From NCBI GenBank assembly GCA_007134875.1, contig SLJY01000109.1, positions 6,555-70,554 of the forward strand: DNA of 64,000 bases, in the 5' to 3' direction. Shown here piece by piece: positions 1 through 8,657 of this stretch. Below the pieces are notes generated by a model. It was not told where the DNA came from. It saw nothing but the letters and a program-made list of their open reading frames with translations, and made no database searches. The translations under genes were made by a program, and so were the position numbers. Within the stretch, counting starts at the first letter, position 1, and each line of letters begins with the position of its first letter. The DNA is from Desulfobacterales bacterium. GTDB lineage: Bacteria > Desulfobacterota > Desulfobacteria > Desulfobacterales > Desulfosalsimonadaceae.

Positions 1-2
1 GT

Positions 3-2093
3 CTGCGCCAGATTGTGCCCATCTCGTTTTATGCCTTCTACTCCGTCAACACGAGCGACCTCGACATTGTGGTCGAGCACGTCGACCGGCCGGAATGGCA
101 GGATTATATCGGGGAAGCCATCGATTTTCTTATCGAAAAGAATGTCATAGCCCGCGCGTTTCGGGAAAAGCGGACGATAACGTCCCGTACGCCGGATCGC
201 AAATATCATCTGCTGATCCATGAATTGACCACAACGTCCAGGCCATACGGGCTTTTCATCTGTTTTCTGGAAAGTACCCCGCCCCGCATGAGCATTGTTG
301 ACAAGATAACGACCATTGTCACCAAGTCCGCCTGTTACGCACTGGAAAATTTTGATCTCTACCGCCTGATCGATCAAAAGAACGCGGAGCTGACCGATAA
401 GAACCTGCGGCTTTCCCAATCGGAGATCATTTACCGCAACACCTTTGAAAACACGGGTAATCCCACGGTCATCGCGGACAAAAACGGAATGATCCTGTTT
501 TCCAACAGCCGGTTCGTCTCGTTTTCGGGATGGGAAAGAGGCCGCCTGGCGGGAGGAAAGAAGTTTACCGACTTCATCATCCGCTCCGGCCGATTCGATT
601 TTTCCGTCCTTTTGAAGGAGGCCGGCCGCAACAACCCGACCGATCCCACCTCCTATGTTTTCGAAACCGGCTACGCCGAAAAGAAGATGGTGTTTCTCAA
701 TGTTTCTCCCCTGGGTATTGACGATCGTTACATTCTATCTATCACCGATGTCACCGTCATCAAGGAAGCGGAAAAGAAGCTCCAGCACCAGGCGCTTCAT
801 GATCCGCTGACCGGCCTGCCCAACCGGAGCCTGCTCCAGGACCGGCTGCGCCAGGCGGTGAAGAAGAAGCGGCGGAACAAAAATAATGATTATGCCCTGA
901 TTTTCATCGATCTGGACCGCTTCAAATCCGTCAATGATACATTGGGGCATGCAGTCGGGGACGAGTTGCTCATCCGGACGGCAAGCCGGATTTTGGGGTC
1001 CCTCAGGGATGTGGATACCGTTTCCCGCTTTGGCGGGGACGAGTTCGTGGTTCTGCTGGAGGGGGTCAGCGACAAAAAAGACTGCGATATGCTGGTCCGC
1101 CGGATCCTTGATAATTTCGCAGCCCCGATCGGTATCGGCGACAAGGAGCTGTTCATCAACATGAGCATGGGGGTTTTGATCTCCAGCCACCAGGACGTAT
1201 CCGAGGCCGACGTGATCCGTCTTGCGGACATGAGCATGTATGAGGCCAAAAAAAGGGGGCAGAACCGGATCGTTTATTCCCACGAGATCGAGGATGGGGA
1301 GATCGAGCGGCGCCTATACCTGGAAAACGAACTGCACAATGGGATCCGGGAAGACGCTTTTTTCGTCCAGTATCAACCCCTGATCCGGCTCGATACCAAC
1401 GATCTCTACGGCGTGGAGGCGCTTGTCCGCTGGCGTCATCCGAAGCTGGGCGTCATACCGCCCAACACGTTCATTCCCATTGCCGAAGAGTCCGGCCTGA
1501 TCATACCCCTGGGGAAAAAAATCCTTGAACTGGCGTTTACGGATTTTGGCGGATGGATGAGCCGGTTTGGACCGAAGGACCTTCGCCTTTCCATCAACCT
1601 GTCGGTCCGGCAGATCCTGCATGCGGACATTATTGAAGACATCCGCGATGCGGCAAAAGCATCCGGCCTGCCAACAAAGCACCTTTGCATCGAGATTACG
1701 GAGAGCCTTTTCATCGATGATAACCGACAGGTTGCCGAAACGATCAGACGCCTGAAGGAGATGGGGATTTCGATTTCCATCGACGATTTCGGTACCGGTT
1801 ATTCCTCGCTTAAGTACCTCAACCAGTTTTCCATCGACATGGTCAAGATCGACCGGCTTCTGATCAACAATATCACGGAGAACAAGACCAATTTCAATAT
1901 CGTGGCTTCCATGCTTCAGCTTTGTGAAACCCTTGACCTGGAGGTTATGGCGGAAGGCATTGAGGACCTGCGGCAGCTCGAAAAACTCATCGCCATGAAA
2001 TGCTCTTTCGGCCAGGGATATTACTTTTCCCCGCCCCGGGACAAGGCTGAAATCGAACACTACATTGCCGGCGGAAGTCTGCCCGGCCTCTGA
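3..2093 (+). CDS. GGDEF/EAL (c-di-GMP) signalling protein with N-terminal sensor region; 5' end probably outside window
   Basis: ORF 15..2093 (GTG), frame open back to nt 3. Motifs RFGGDEFVVLL (GGDEF), YGVEALVRW, DDFGTGYSSL and QGYYFSPP (EAL). Confidence 0.85.
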   Translation: MRQIVPISFYAFYSVNTSDLDIVVEHVDRPEWQDYIGEAIDFLIEKNVIARAFREKRTITSRTPDRKYHLLIHELTTTSRPYGLFICFLESTPPRMSIVDKITTIVTKSACYALENFDLYRLIDQKNAELTDKNLRLSQSEIIYRNTFENTGNPTVIADKNGMILFSNSRFVSFSGWERGRLAGGKKFTDFIIRSGRFDFSVLLKEAGRNNPTDPTSYVFETGYAEKKMVFLNVSPLGIDDRYILSITDVTVIKEAEKKLQHQALHDPLTGLPNRSLLQDRLRQAVKKKRRNKNNDYALIFIDLDRFKSVNDTLGHAVGDELLIRTASRILGSLRDVDTVSRFGGDEFVVLLEGVSDKKDCDMLVRRILDNFAAPIGIGDKELFINMSMGVLISSHQDVSEADVIRLADMSMYEAKKRGQNRIVYSHEIEDGEIERRLYLENELHNGIREDAFFVQYQPLIRLDTNDLYGVEALVRWRHPKLGVIPPNTFIPIAEESGLIIPLGKKILELAFTDFGGWMSRFGPKDLRLSINLSVRQILHADIIEDIRDAAKASGLPTKHLCIEITESLFIDDNRQVAETIRRLKEMGISISIDDFGTGYSSLKYLNQFSIDMVKIDRLLINNITENKTNFNIVASMLQLCETLDLEVMAEGIEDLRQLEKLIAMKCSFGQGYYFSPPRDKAEIEHYIAGGSLPGL

Positions 2094-2114
2094 TTGTCAC
2101 CAGTTTAAGTGCCA

Positions 2115-2142
2115 TAAAGATTTGCCCGGCTGCGGTCGATAG
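2115..2142 (+). promoter_or_regulatory. candidate sigma-28 (FliA) promoter
   Basis: TAAA(2115-2118)-N16-GTCGATAG(2135-2142) versus consensus TAAA-N15-GCCGATAA. It lies 44 nt upstream of ATG 2187 and shares the CGATA core with candidates at 33379 and 38400. Confidence 0.3.
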
Positions 2143-2186
2143 GTAAACTATACGGGGAAGATTCCTATATTCGTTGATAAGGGGCT

Positions 2187-2969
2187 ATGGACATGATGCA
2201 GGTGCAGCAGACAACCCAATCGATTTTCACAACTCGCAGCGGAAGCGTCCCGGCCGGAAGTGATCGCCTGCAGGGAGGGGATTTTACAGGCGCACTCGAC
2301 CGGGCGATGGCCGTGGCCACTGATGCGCCGGATGGCAAAAAAGTATATCTGGGAAGTGTCACCCGGGAGCGGCCAACCGTCTCTCACCTTCTGGCGGGCC
2401 ACCCGGAGTTTGGCTCCCGGTGCTGGGAAATCATCCATTCCGACATCAACCGGGATAAGCCCTGGACCCGGATTCCGGCCGGCACGGAGATATACCTGGA
2501 TCCGGAGACCGAAGCGATTTCGTGGGAAAAAGGTGCCGCGCCACCGCCTGCCGGCGGGTGGAACCCGGCCGGTATGGAAGCAGTGGCTACGGGCCGGGAT
2601 CAGATCGAGGCCTCCATCGACCATGCGGCAGCCCGTTACAATCTTCCGCGGGAGTTGATCGCCAGCGTGATCCAGGCGGAATCGAATTTCGATACCGGAG
2701 CGGTTTCAAGGGCGGGCGCGCAGGGGCTGATGCAGCTTATGCCGGAAACGGCCCGGGAGTTGGGCGTGAAAAACCCCTTTGACATCGCCGAGAACATCGA
2801 TGCCGGGAGCCGCTATCTCAAAAAGATGATCGAGCTGTTCGGCGGAAGCCTCGAAAAGGCATTGGCAGCCTACAACGCCGGTCCGGGCGCGGTCCGCCGC
2901 TTCAACGGCAACGTCCCCTACCAGGAAACCCGCCAGTACGTCAGCCGGGTCCTGTCCTTCATGGAGTAA
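2187..2969 (+). CDS. lytic transglycosylase (SLT domain)
   Basis: C-terminal SLT motifs AESNFDTGAVSRAGAQGLMQLMPETA and AAYNAGPGAV. Confidence 0.8.
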   Translation: MDMMQVQQTTQSIFTTRSGSVPAGSDRLQGGDFTGALDRAMAVATDAPDGKKVYLGSVTRERPTVSHLLAGHPEFGSRCWEIIHSDINRDKPWTRIPAGTEIYLDPETEAISWEKGAAPPPAGGWNPAGMEAVATGRDQIEASIDHAAARYNLPRELIASVIQAESNFDTGAVSRAGAQGLMQLMPETARELGVKNPFDIAENIDAGSRYLKKMIELFGGSLEKALAAYNAGPGAVRRFNGNVPYQETRQYVSRVLSFME

Positions 2970-3437
2970 ATCCGGCGCCTACATCTCGTGTGCCTGGCTT
3001 ATCTTCGCCTCGAGTTGGCATGCCCCCTCCCGATTGTTGCTCAAGGGTAATCGCCTAACCCTTCAAAATGCGTCAATTTTTAGCCTTTGGGGTGTAACGT
3101 CATGAGGTATCATGCGTTTTAATCCGGGGTTATATATTGCTGCGAAGGCAACATCCGGGGGCTTGATGATAACTGGCGTCGATAAACAGAAGATACGGGA
3201 TATGCTGAAATATCGCCCGATATACCCCAAAAAAATATCCCCCCGGGATGCGATGTATAAAATGGACAATTCCTATGGGGTGGTGGGTGATGGGGGGTGC
3301 CACGAGGCAACATTGGGAGGTTTTGGGGGAGGGTTTGGTGGTAGCTCTTGGCGAAGTGAAGCAGGTCATCCTGGATTGTTTGAGCGGAGCCGGAGGCGCA
3401 GCGCGTTTCCTTATAACATAAACCGACGCTGTTTCTT

Positions 3438-4904
3438 CTATGCAACGTCCTGGCGGTCCAGGTTCCGTTTCTTGATTTTTTCCAGGAGGGTCGTGCGCTT
3501 CATGTTCAGCAGCCTGGCGGCTTCCTTCTTGTTCCAGTTGGTGCTGTGAAGGGCCTGGAGAATCAGTCGGTTTTCAAATTCGTAGGTCGTCTGGTGGAAA
3601 TCGATGGGAGCCCCGGTGGTTTCCGGGGCTTCGGGGATGTGGTTCGCAGCGGCCCGGCCGTCTGCGTGGTTTTCCGGGCCGGCCTCAGGGCTTGTTTCGT
3701 GTTCAGGCGGCTGAAGTTCCCTGAATTTTTTCGGCAGCGCGTCGAGCCCCACGGTATTCCCGCCGTGAAGAATGCAGATCCGCTGAACGAGATTTTGCAG
3801 TTCCCGGACGTTTCCCGGCCAGTGATAGGCTCGCAGCGCATCCATTGCCTTCGTTGTAAAACCCTGTATGGGCATCTGACGCCCCCGGTTGAACATGAGC
3901 AGAAACGTCTCGACCAGCGGGTCGATGTCCTCCGGCCGCTCCCGCAGCGGCGGAAGGGTAATGGGAATGACGCTCAGCCGGTAGTACAAATCCTCCCGGA
4001 AGGTTCCTTCCCGCACCGCTTCATTCAAGTTCCGGTTTGTCGCCGCAATGACCCGGATATCGATCTCCCGGGTCTTGACCGACCCGATGGGCTCGAATTC
4101 CTGCTCCTGGAGCACCCGGAGAAGCTTGGCCTGCATATTGGGTTTCATGTCCCCTATTTCATCGAGAAACAGGGTCCCCTTGTCGGCGTGTTCAAGCCGC
4201 CCCTTCTTGGACCGGGCGGCACCGGTGAATGCGCCCTTCTCATACCCGAAAAGCTCGCTTTCCAGCAGGTCGTCCGGTATGGCCGCGCAGTTGACCGGAA
4301 CGAAATTGTGCCGGCTTCTTTCCGAGGTCAACTTGTGAATCGCCTGGGCGGCAAGCTCCTTGCCGGTGCCGCTTTCTCCCTTGAGCAGAACATTGCCGTG
4401 ATTGTTCGCCGTTACGTTGCGAATGATGGAAAACAACTCCTGCATGGCATGGGATTGCCCGATAATCCCTTCAAAGCCGTCGCTTTTGCGAGGTTTTGGC
4501 GTATGCTCCAGGCTGGAGGCAAGAAGCTTCTGGTATGCCACCGTGTTTTTGACGAGTTCGATCACTTCCTGATGGTCGAAAGGCTTGTTTATATAAAAAT
4601 AAACGCCTGCCTGGAGAGCCTCCACAATATGATCCCGGCTTCCCAAAGGCATGATCACCACGGGAATCATGGCCGGGATTTTCCCGCACCCTTCCTGGAT
4701 CAGCTTGAGCCCCTCCTTTCCCGGGGGAAACAGGTCGGTAATCAGCACCTTGATGTTGCTGGTTTTACTGATGACGGCCATGGCTTCTGTCGGATTTTTG
4801 GCATGTAACAGGGATGCGGTGGTGCGGGTGGAGAGGGCGTTCACCAGCTGGCTTTCCGTTGGTTCCTCCGGCTCCACGATCAAAATGGAGATGTTTTTTA
4901 GCAT
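3438..4904 (-). CDS. sigma-54-dependent transcriptional activator (REC-like + AAA+ + Fis-type HTH)
   Basis: ORF 3438..5069, with the start moved to ATG 4904 (MLKNISILIVEPEE). Has GESGTGKE Walker A, the GAFTGA loop and a C-terminal HTH. It is divergent from the sigma-54 promoter at 5183. The REC acidic pocket is atypical (EPEE instead of DD). Confidence 0.85.
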   Translation of the reverse strand: MLKNISILIVEPEEPTESQLVNALSTRTTASLLHAKNPTEAMAVISKTSNIKVLITDLFPPGKEGLKLIQEGCGKIPAMIPVVIMPLGSRDHIVEALQAGVYFYINKPFDHQEVIELVKNTVAYQKLLASSLEHTPKPRKSDGFEGIIGQSHAMQELFSIIRNVTANNHGNVLLKGESGTGKELAAQAIHKLTSERSRHNFVPVNCAAIPDDLLESELFGYEKGAFTGAARSKKGRLEHADKGTLFLDEIGDMKPNMQAKLLRVLQEQEFEPIGSVKTREIDIRVIAATNRNLNEAVREGTFREDLYYRLSVIPITLPPLRERPEDIDPLVETFLLMFNRGRQMPIQGFTTKAMDALRAYHWPGNVRELQNLVQRICILHGGNTVGLDALPKKFRELQPPEHETSPEAGPENHADGRAAANHIPEAPETTGAPIDFHQTTYEFENRLILQALHSTNWNKKEAARLLNMKRTTLLEKIKKRNLDRQDVA

Positions 4905-5031
4905 TTCGTTTCCGTCCCTGGATAGGAAAAACCGGCTGCGGTATGAGCCTTTCGGCCGATAAAAGGCCCTGAGCGCATGCCTGTTCGCATGAGAAAGCCG
5001 TATGGCATCTCCCGGGATTGTTAAAAGTATA

Positions 5032-5049
5032 ATGTCAAAATACCGACAT
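5032..5049. promoter_or_regulatory. palindromic box ATGTCAAAATACCGACAT (GTC-N8-GAC), candidate enhancer-binding-protein site
   Basis: 5+5 inverted repeat ~135 nt upstream of the sigma-54 promoter. A near-identical 18-mer lies at 17449, with related boxes at 18926, 43952 and 45586. Confidence 0.4.
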
Positions 5050-5182
5050 CCATCCGGGTTGTCAAGCAATGTTTTGTACGGAATATAAGGAAGTTGGGCC
5101 CTGCATGGAACCCGGATGCCACAGGCGCATCCGCCGCGATTCGCGAACCGGGAGCCTTTTAAAACAACCCCTTTTCAATGGA

Positions 5183-5198
5183 TGGCACCTGTTTTGCA
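5183..5198 (+). promoter_or_regulatory. sigma-54 promoter (-24/-12)
   Basis: TGGCAC-ctgtt-TTGCA, an exact fit to TGGCAC-N5-TTGCW, ~40 nt upstream of ATG 5237. Confidence 0.75.
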
Positions 5199-5236
5199 AA
5201 GAGAGTTTCCATGGCACTATCCCATGGAGGTTTTCT

Positions 5237-7762
5237 ATGAACAGGTTGGCTACGGTTTTTACTCTATTCATTTCATGCCTGCTTCTTGCACCTGCTTACG
5301 GCATTGCCGCGGCCGCGCAGCTGCAGTCGCTGGATAATATCCGGCAGGGCGGCATGAACCGGATTTCATTTATTTTCGACCGGATTCCTTCCTTTGATGT
5401 CGAACCGTCGGGCCAGCGCATCCGCATTGTCATGGAAAACACCGTGCTGGCCGAACGTTTTCGCACCCCGGCAGGGCGTGATCTCTATGCGCCCCTCGTG
5501 CAGGTGGTGGCGGACAGCCATGAGCACGACAGCGTAATCGAACTCTATTTCCGAAATTTCCCGGAAAATGTGGACGTAAGCATCGACCATGACCGGCAGC
5601 GGTTTCATGTGAACGTATTTTTCCGCGCAGATACCCGCGGTGCAAGACCTGGCATTCTGGATGAGCGGATCGGACGCCTCCGGCCCATCGAGTCGGGCGC
5701 GGCGGCCCGCCGGGTGATCGAATCGGATTTCGAAGGTCGGTGGATCGAGTTTTTCGATGCATTCGAATGGCCGCCCGATATTTCGCTCCCGGTGTCGTTT
5801 TCCCTTCCCGACTACCCGGGGCCTTTTTTGAGCAGCCGCGCGGACCGGCTTCCGGAAGATATCTTCGACTACTCTATCCGCAAACTGTGCGATTTGCTCG
5901 AATCAGAACGATCAGGGGTCCCGCCCGGATCGTCCGACGGGGAATCCGGCGGGTCGGCCCGTGCGGCAGACGCGGACGCCCGGCTTCTGCCGGCCATGGC
6001 GGCGGACGTTGTCCGCGCAAAATGCCTCCTTCGCCGGGACGGGATACAAAACGCCATGGATTTGCTCAACGAACCCATAGACGCGTCTGCGGGCCGGATC
6101 GACCCGGATGTCGCCGGGTGGAGGGCGTATTTGCATGCATGGGCAACGGCGGCATCCGGAAGGACGCACCGGGCTGCCGAGTTGATTGAACGCAGGCGAG
6201 ATATTATTGCCGGGGCTGACGGGATCGATCCCTGGCATCGTCTTTTCCAGGCGGAACTCGACATGGCCAACGGCAAGCCCGAAGCAGCCATGGAGCGGCT
6301 GCGGTTGATAACCGATCCGGCAGATGATCGGGCAGACGAGCCGGAAGGCCGGCTCGGACGGATCGTTCGCCTTCGCACGGGGGATGCCTACTACTCTCGC
6401 CGTATGTATGATGAGGCCTTCGAACGGTATCAGGGCGTTGCCGATGACCTGCATTTCATGAGCCAATATCCCGAGTCCATGGCCAACCGGGCCGGCGTGC
6501 TTTACCGGAGAGGCTCGTTCGAGGCTGCCGCACGGCATTACGCCCTTTTGTCCGACCGGATTGCGGCCGACCATCCGGCGCTGCGGGCCCTGGCCGACTA
6601 CTGGGCCGCAATGGCTCTGCACCGGGACGGAAGTCGCAGCCGCGCCATCGTTTCGCTCTGGGCAATCGAGGCGAAAGACCCGAACACCGACGCGGCGTAT
6701 CGTGCAAAGCTGAAGCTGCTCGATATGGAGTTGCTGGTCGGATCGAACCCCCCCCTGGAAATATTGATGGAAAAATATGGCGATATCGCCCGAAACGGTC
6801 CCACGCGCCAGGTCCGGGAGGAGGCATTCTTCAAGAAAACCCTGGCATGCCACCTGGAGGGCGACGACGTGAAAGCGGTGAAATACCTGGGTCGTTTTTT
6901 CCGGGATTTCAGGGCGGGCACGCTCCAGCCGGAGGCGGCCGCTCTGCTGGTGGAGCTGATGCCGGGTGCAATAAACGAAATGGTGGAGGACGGGGCCTAT
7001 TTCGAAGCATTGGCCCTTGTGGCCAGGCACCGGCAGTTGCTTGGCCAGGCGCGCATTACCTATGACTTTCTTCACCGGCTTGCGGAGAGCTACGTCAACG
7101 CCGGTTTTCTCGATCATGCCGAAAGGACGTATCTTTATATTCTCGATTTCGAAAAAGACCGGAACCGGCACGAGGCGGTCTTTCTCCCCCTTATCCGCAT
7201 CTGCTTCCGGCAGGAGAAGTACCGCAAAGCCCTCGAATACGCGTCCGTATACCTTGAGGACTACCCGACAGGGGCGGACCGTACGGATGTTTTTTATTAT
7301 TACGCGGGATCCATGTATCGGTCAGGGGATCCGGAAAACGCGGCCCGGGTTTTACATGAAAAGGAAAGACCCGCCTGTCCCCGCCTGGATGCGATGGCGG
7401 GCCGGGTATTTTCCGACATGGAAAACCCCCGGCTGTCCCTGGAATATCTTTCAAGGGCCGCGGAAGCCGGTAACAGCGAGCAATATGTGGATGTGGACGA
7501 CATCAACCTCCGCCGGGCCGAGATGCTTTTGGCGGACGGCCGCAACCTGGAGGCACTGGATCTCTACGAAAGCCTCCTAGACGATTCCCGTTTCCGGGGA
7601 CAGGCCGGCTACCGGATGATTCAGATTCTTTTCGGGGAAGGTGAAAATCGCCGCGCGCTTAACATTTACGACGATCTGGCCGAAACGGACATTGAGGAGA
7701 GCTGGCTCCGGATGGCGCGGGAGACCGCCCGCATAGGAAACCATATGAACGGGAGACAATGA
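5237..7762 (+). CDS. secreted AMIN-like/TPR-like repeat protein, first gene of the flgB operon
   Basis: ORF 5069..7762, with the start moved to ATG 5237, giving signal peptide MNRLATVFTLFISCLLLAPAYG. The N-terminal segment is beta-rich and AMIN-like; the rest is helical TPR-like repeats. The stop overlaps the flgB start (ATGATGA). Confidence 0.7.
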   Translation: MNRLATVFTLFISCLLLAPAYGIAAAAQLQSLDNIRQGGMNRISFIFDRIPSFDVEPSGQRIRIVMENTVLAERFRTPAGRDLYAPLVQVVADSHEHDSVIELYFRNFPENVDVSIDHDRQRFHVNVFFRADTRGARPGILDERIGRLRPIESGAAARRVIESDFEGRWIEFFDAFEWPPDISLPVSFSLPDYPGPFLSSRADRLPEDIFDYSIRKLCDLLESERSGVPPGSSDGESGGSARAADADARLLPAMAADVVRAKCLLRRDGIQNAMDLLNEPIDASAGRIDPDVAGWRAYLHAWATAASGRTHRAAELIERRRDIIAGADGIDPWHRLFQAELDMANGKPEAAMERLRLITDPADDRADEPEGRLGRIVRLRTGDAYYSRRMYDEAFERYQGVADDLHFMSQYPESMANRAGVLYRRGSFEAAARHYALLSDRIAADHPALRALADYWAAMALHRDGSRSRAIVSLWAIEAKDPNTDAAYRAKLKLLDMELLVGSNPPLEILMEKYGDIARNGPTRQVREEAFFKKTLACHLEGDDVKAVKYLGRFFRDFRAGTLQPEAAALLVELMPGAINEMVEDGAYFEALALVARHRQLLGQARITYDFLHRLAESYVNAGFLDHAERTYLYILDFEKDRNRHEAVFLPLIRICFRQEKYRKALEYASVYLEDYPTGADRTDVFYYYAGSMYRSGDPENAARVLHEKERPACPRLDAMAGRVFSDMENPRLSLEYLSRAAEAGNSEQYVDVDDINLRRAEMLLADGRNLEALDLYESLLDDSRFRGQAGYRMIQILFGEGENRRALNIYDDLAETDIEESWLRMARETARIGNHMNGRQ

Positions 7763-8175
7763 TGATACACGGTCTTTTCGACACAACCATCCAGGCCCTG
7801 GACAAGGCCCTGGAATTAAGATCCCAGAAACTGCAGGTGATATCGTCCAATATCGCCAACGCCGAAACCCCGGGGTACGCCCCCATCCGCATGGATTTCG
7901 AAAAATCTCTGCAGGAGGCGGTTTCCGGTCCGGAAAGCGGCCAGGTGCGGACGCATCAAAACCACATGCCCGCGGCAGGGGGAAAGGACCTTTCCGATTT
8001 CCGGGCGAGCTTCCACCGGGATTATGACCGATCCGGCATCGGAGACCGGAATAGTGTATCGATCGAACAGGAGATGGTGGATCTTTCCGAAAACCAGATC
8101 CGCTACGAGGCCGCCATCCAGATGCTCAACAAGAAGTTCAGCATGCTCAAGCTCGTCATACAGGAACGAACCTAA
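7759..8175 (+). CDS. flgB: flagellar basal-body rod protein FlgB
   Basis: 138 aa with rod motif SSNIANAETPGY, lying upstream of flgC. ATG 7762 is an equally possible start. Confidence 0.9.
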   Translation: MMIHGLFDTTIQALDKALELRSQKLQVISSNIANAETPGYAPIRMDFEKSLQEAVSGPESGQVRTHQNHMPAAGGKDLSDFRASFHRDYDRSGIGDRNSVSIEQEMVDLSENQIRYEAAIQMLNKKFSMLKLVIQERT

Positions 8176-8220
8176 GACGGTTTTCGTTCAGCCACTGAAT
8201 AAATTAAGGAGATAGAGATT
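8174..8220 (+). promoter_or_regulatory. conserved leader cassette, copy a
   Basis: AAGACGGTTTTCGTTCAGCCACT, then an AT-rich stretch, then AAGGAG, ending at flgC ATG 8221. Confidence 0.5.
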
Positions 8221-8652
8221 ATGGACATCCTCGGAGTCATGAATATCGGATCCTCGGCCTTGCGCGCCCAGACGATCCGCCTGAACACGATCAGCTCCAA
8301 CCTGGCAAACATCGAAACCACCCGGACCCCGGAGGGCGGGCCGTACCGGAAAAAGTCGGCTGTTTTTACCACGGCAAGCACCAGTTTCGAAGCCCACCTG
8401 GAGCAGGGCCGGCCGCAGACGGCCCAGGGGGTGAATGTGCAGTACATCCGCACCGACAATGGCCCCGGCAAAATGGTCTATGACCCTTCGCACCCGGATT
8501 CCGACGAAAATGGCTACGTGGAAAAACCGAACATCAACCTTGCCGAGGAAATGACCGACATGATGCGTGCCCGTGGCAGCTATGAGGCCAACGTGACCGC
8601 CATCAAGTCCGCCCAGCGCATGGCGATGAAAGCCCTTGAAATCGGGAGGTAG
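8221..8652 (+). CDS. flgC: flagellar basal-body rod protein FlgC
   Basis: 143 aa with SSNLANIETTRTPEGGPYRKK and C-terminal YEANVTAIKSAQRMAMKALEI. Confidence 0.92.
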   Translation: MDILGVMNIGSSALRAQTIRLNTISSNLANIETTRTPEGGPYRKKSAVFTTASTSFEAHLEQGRPQTAQGVNVQYIRTDNGPGKMVYDPSHPDSDENGYVEKPNINLAEEMTDMMRARGSYEANVTAIKSAQRMAMKALEIGR

Positions 8653-8657
8653 GGATT

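Noticed and set aside
3112-3549. 145-aa + strand ORF in the gap after the SLT gene.
   Set aside because: It has a Gly-rich, low-complexity translation, overlaps the 3' end of the sigma-54 activator gene by ~110 nt, and has no SD or motif.
8174-8196. Reading the leader-cassette core (cGGTTTTCGTTCAGC) as a -24/-12 sigma-54 promoter.
   Set aside because: The obligatory GG-N10-GC spacing holds in only two of six copies (8174 and 38357). The others have N11 or no GC, and the GGCAC/TTGC flanks are absent.
8174-8220. Reading the cassette as a sigma-70 promoter (TTTTCG … TAAATT/TAATAT -10-like box).
   Set aside because: The -10-like box directly abuts the Shine-Dalgarno, so a transcript started there would lack the SD. 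The -35 region is also poor.
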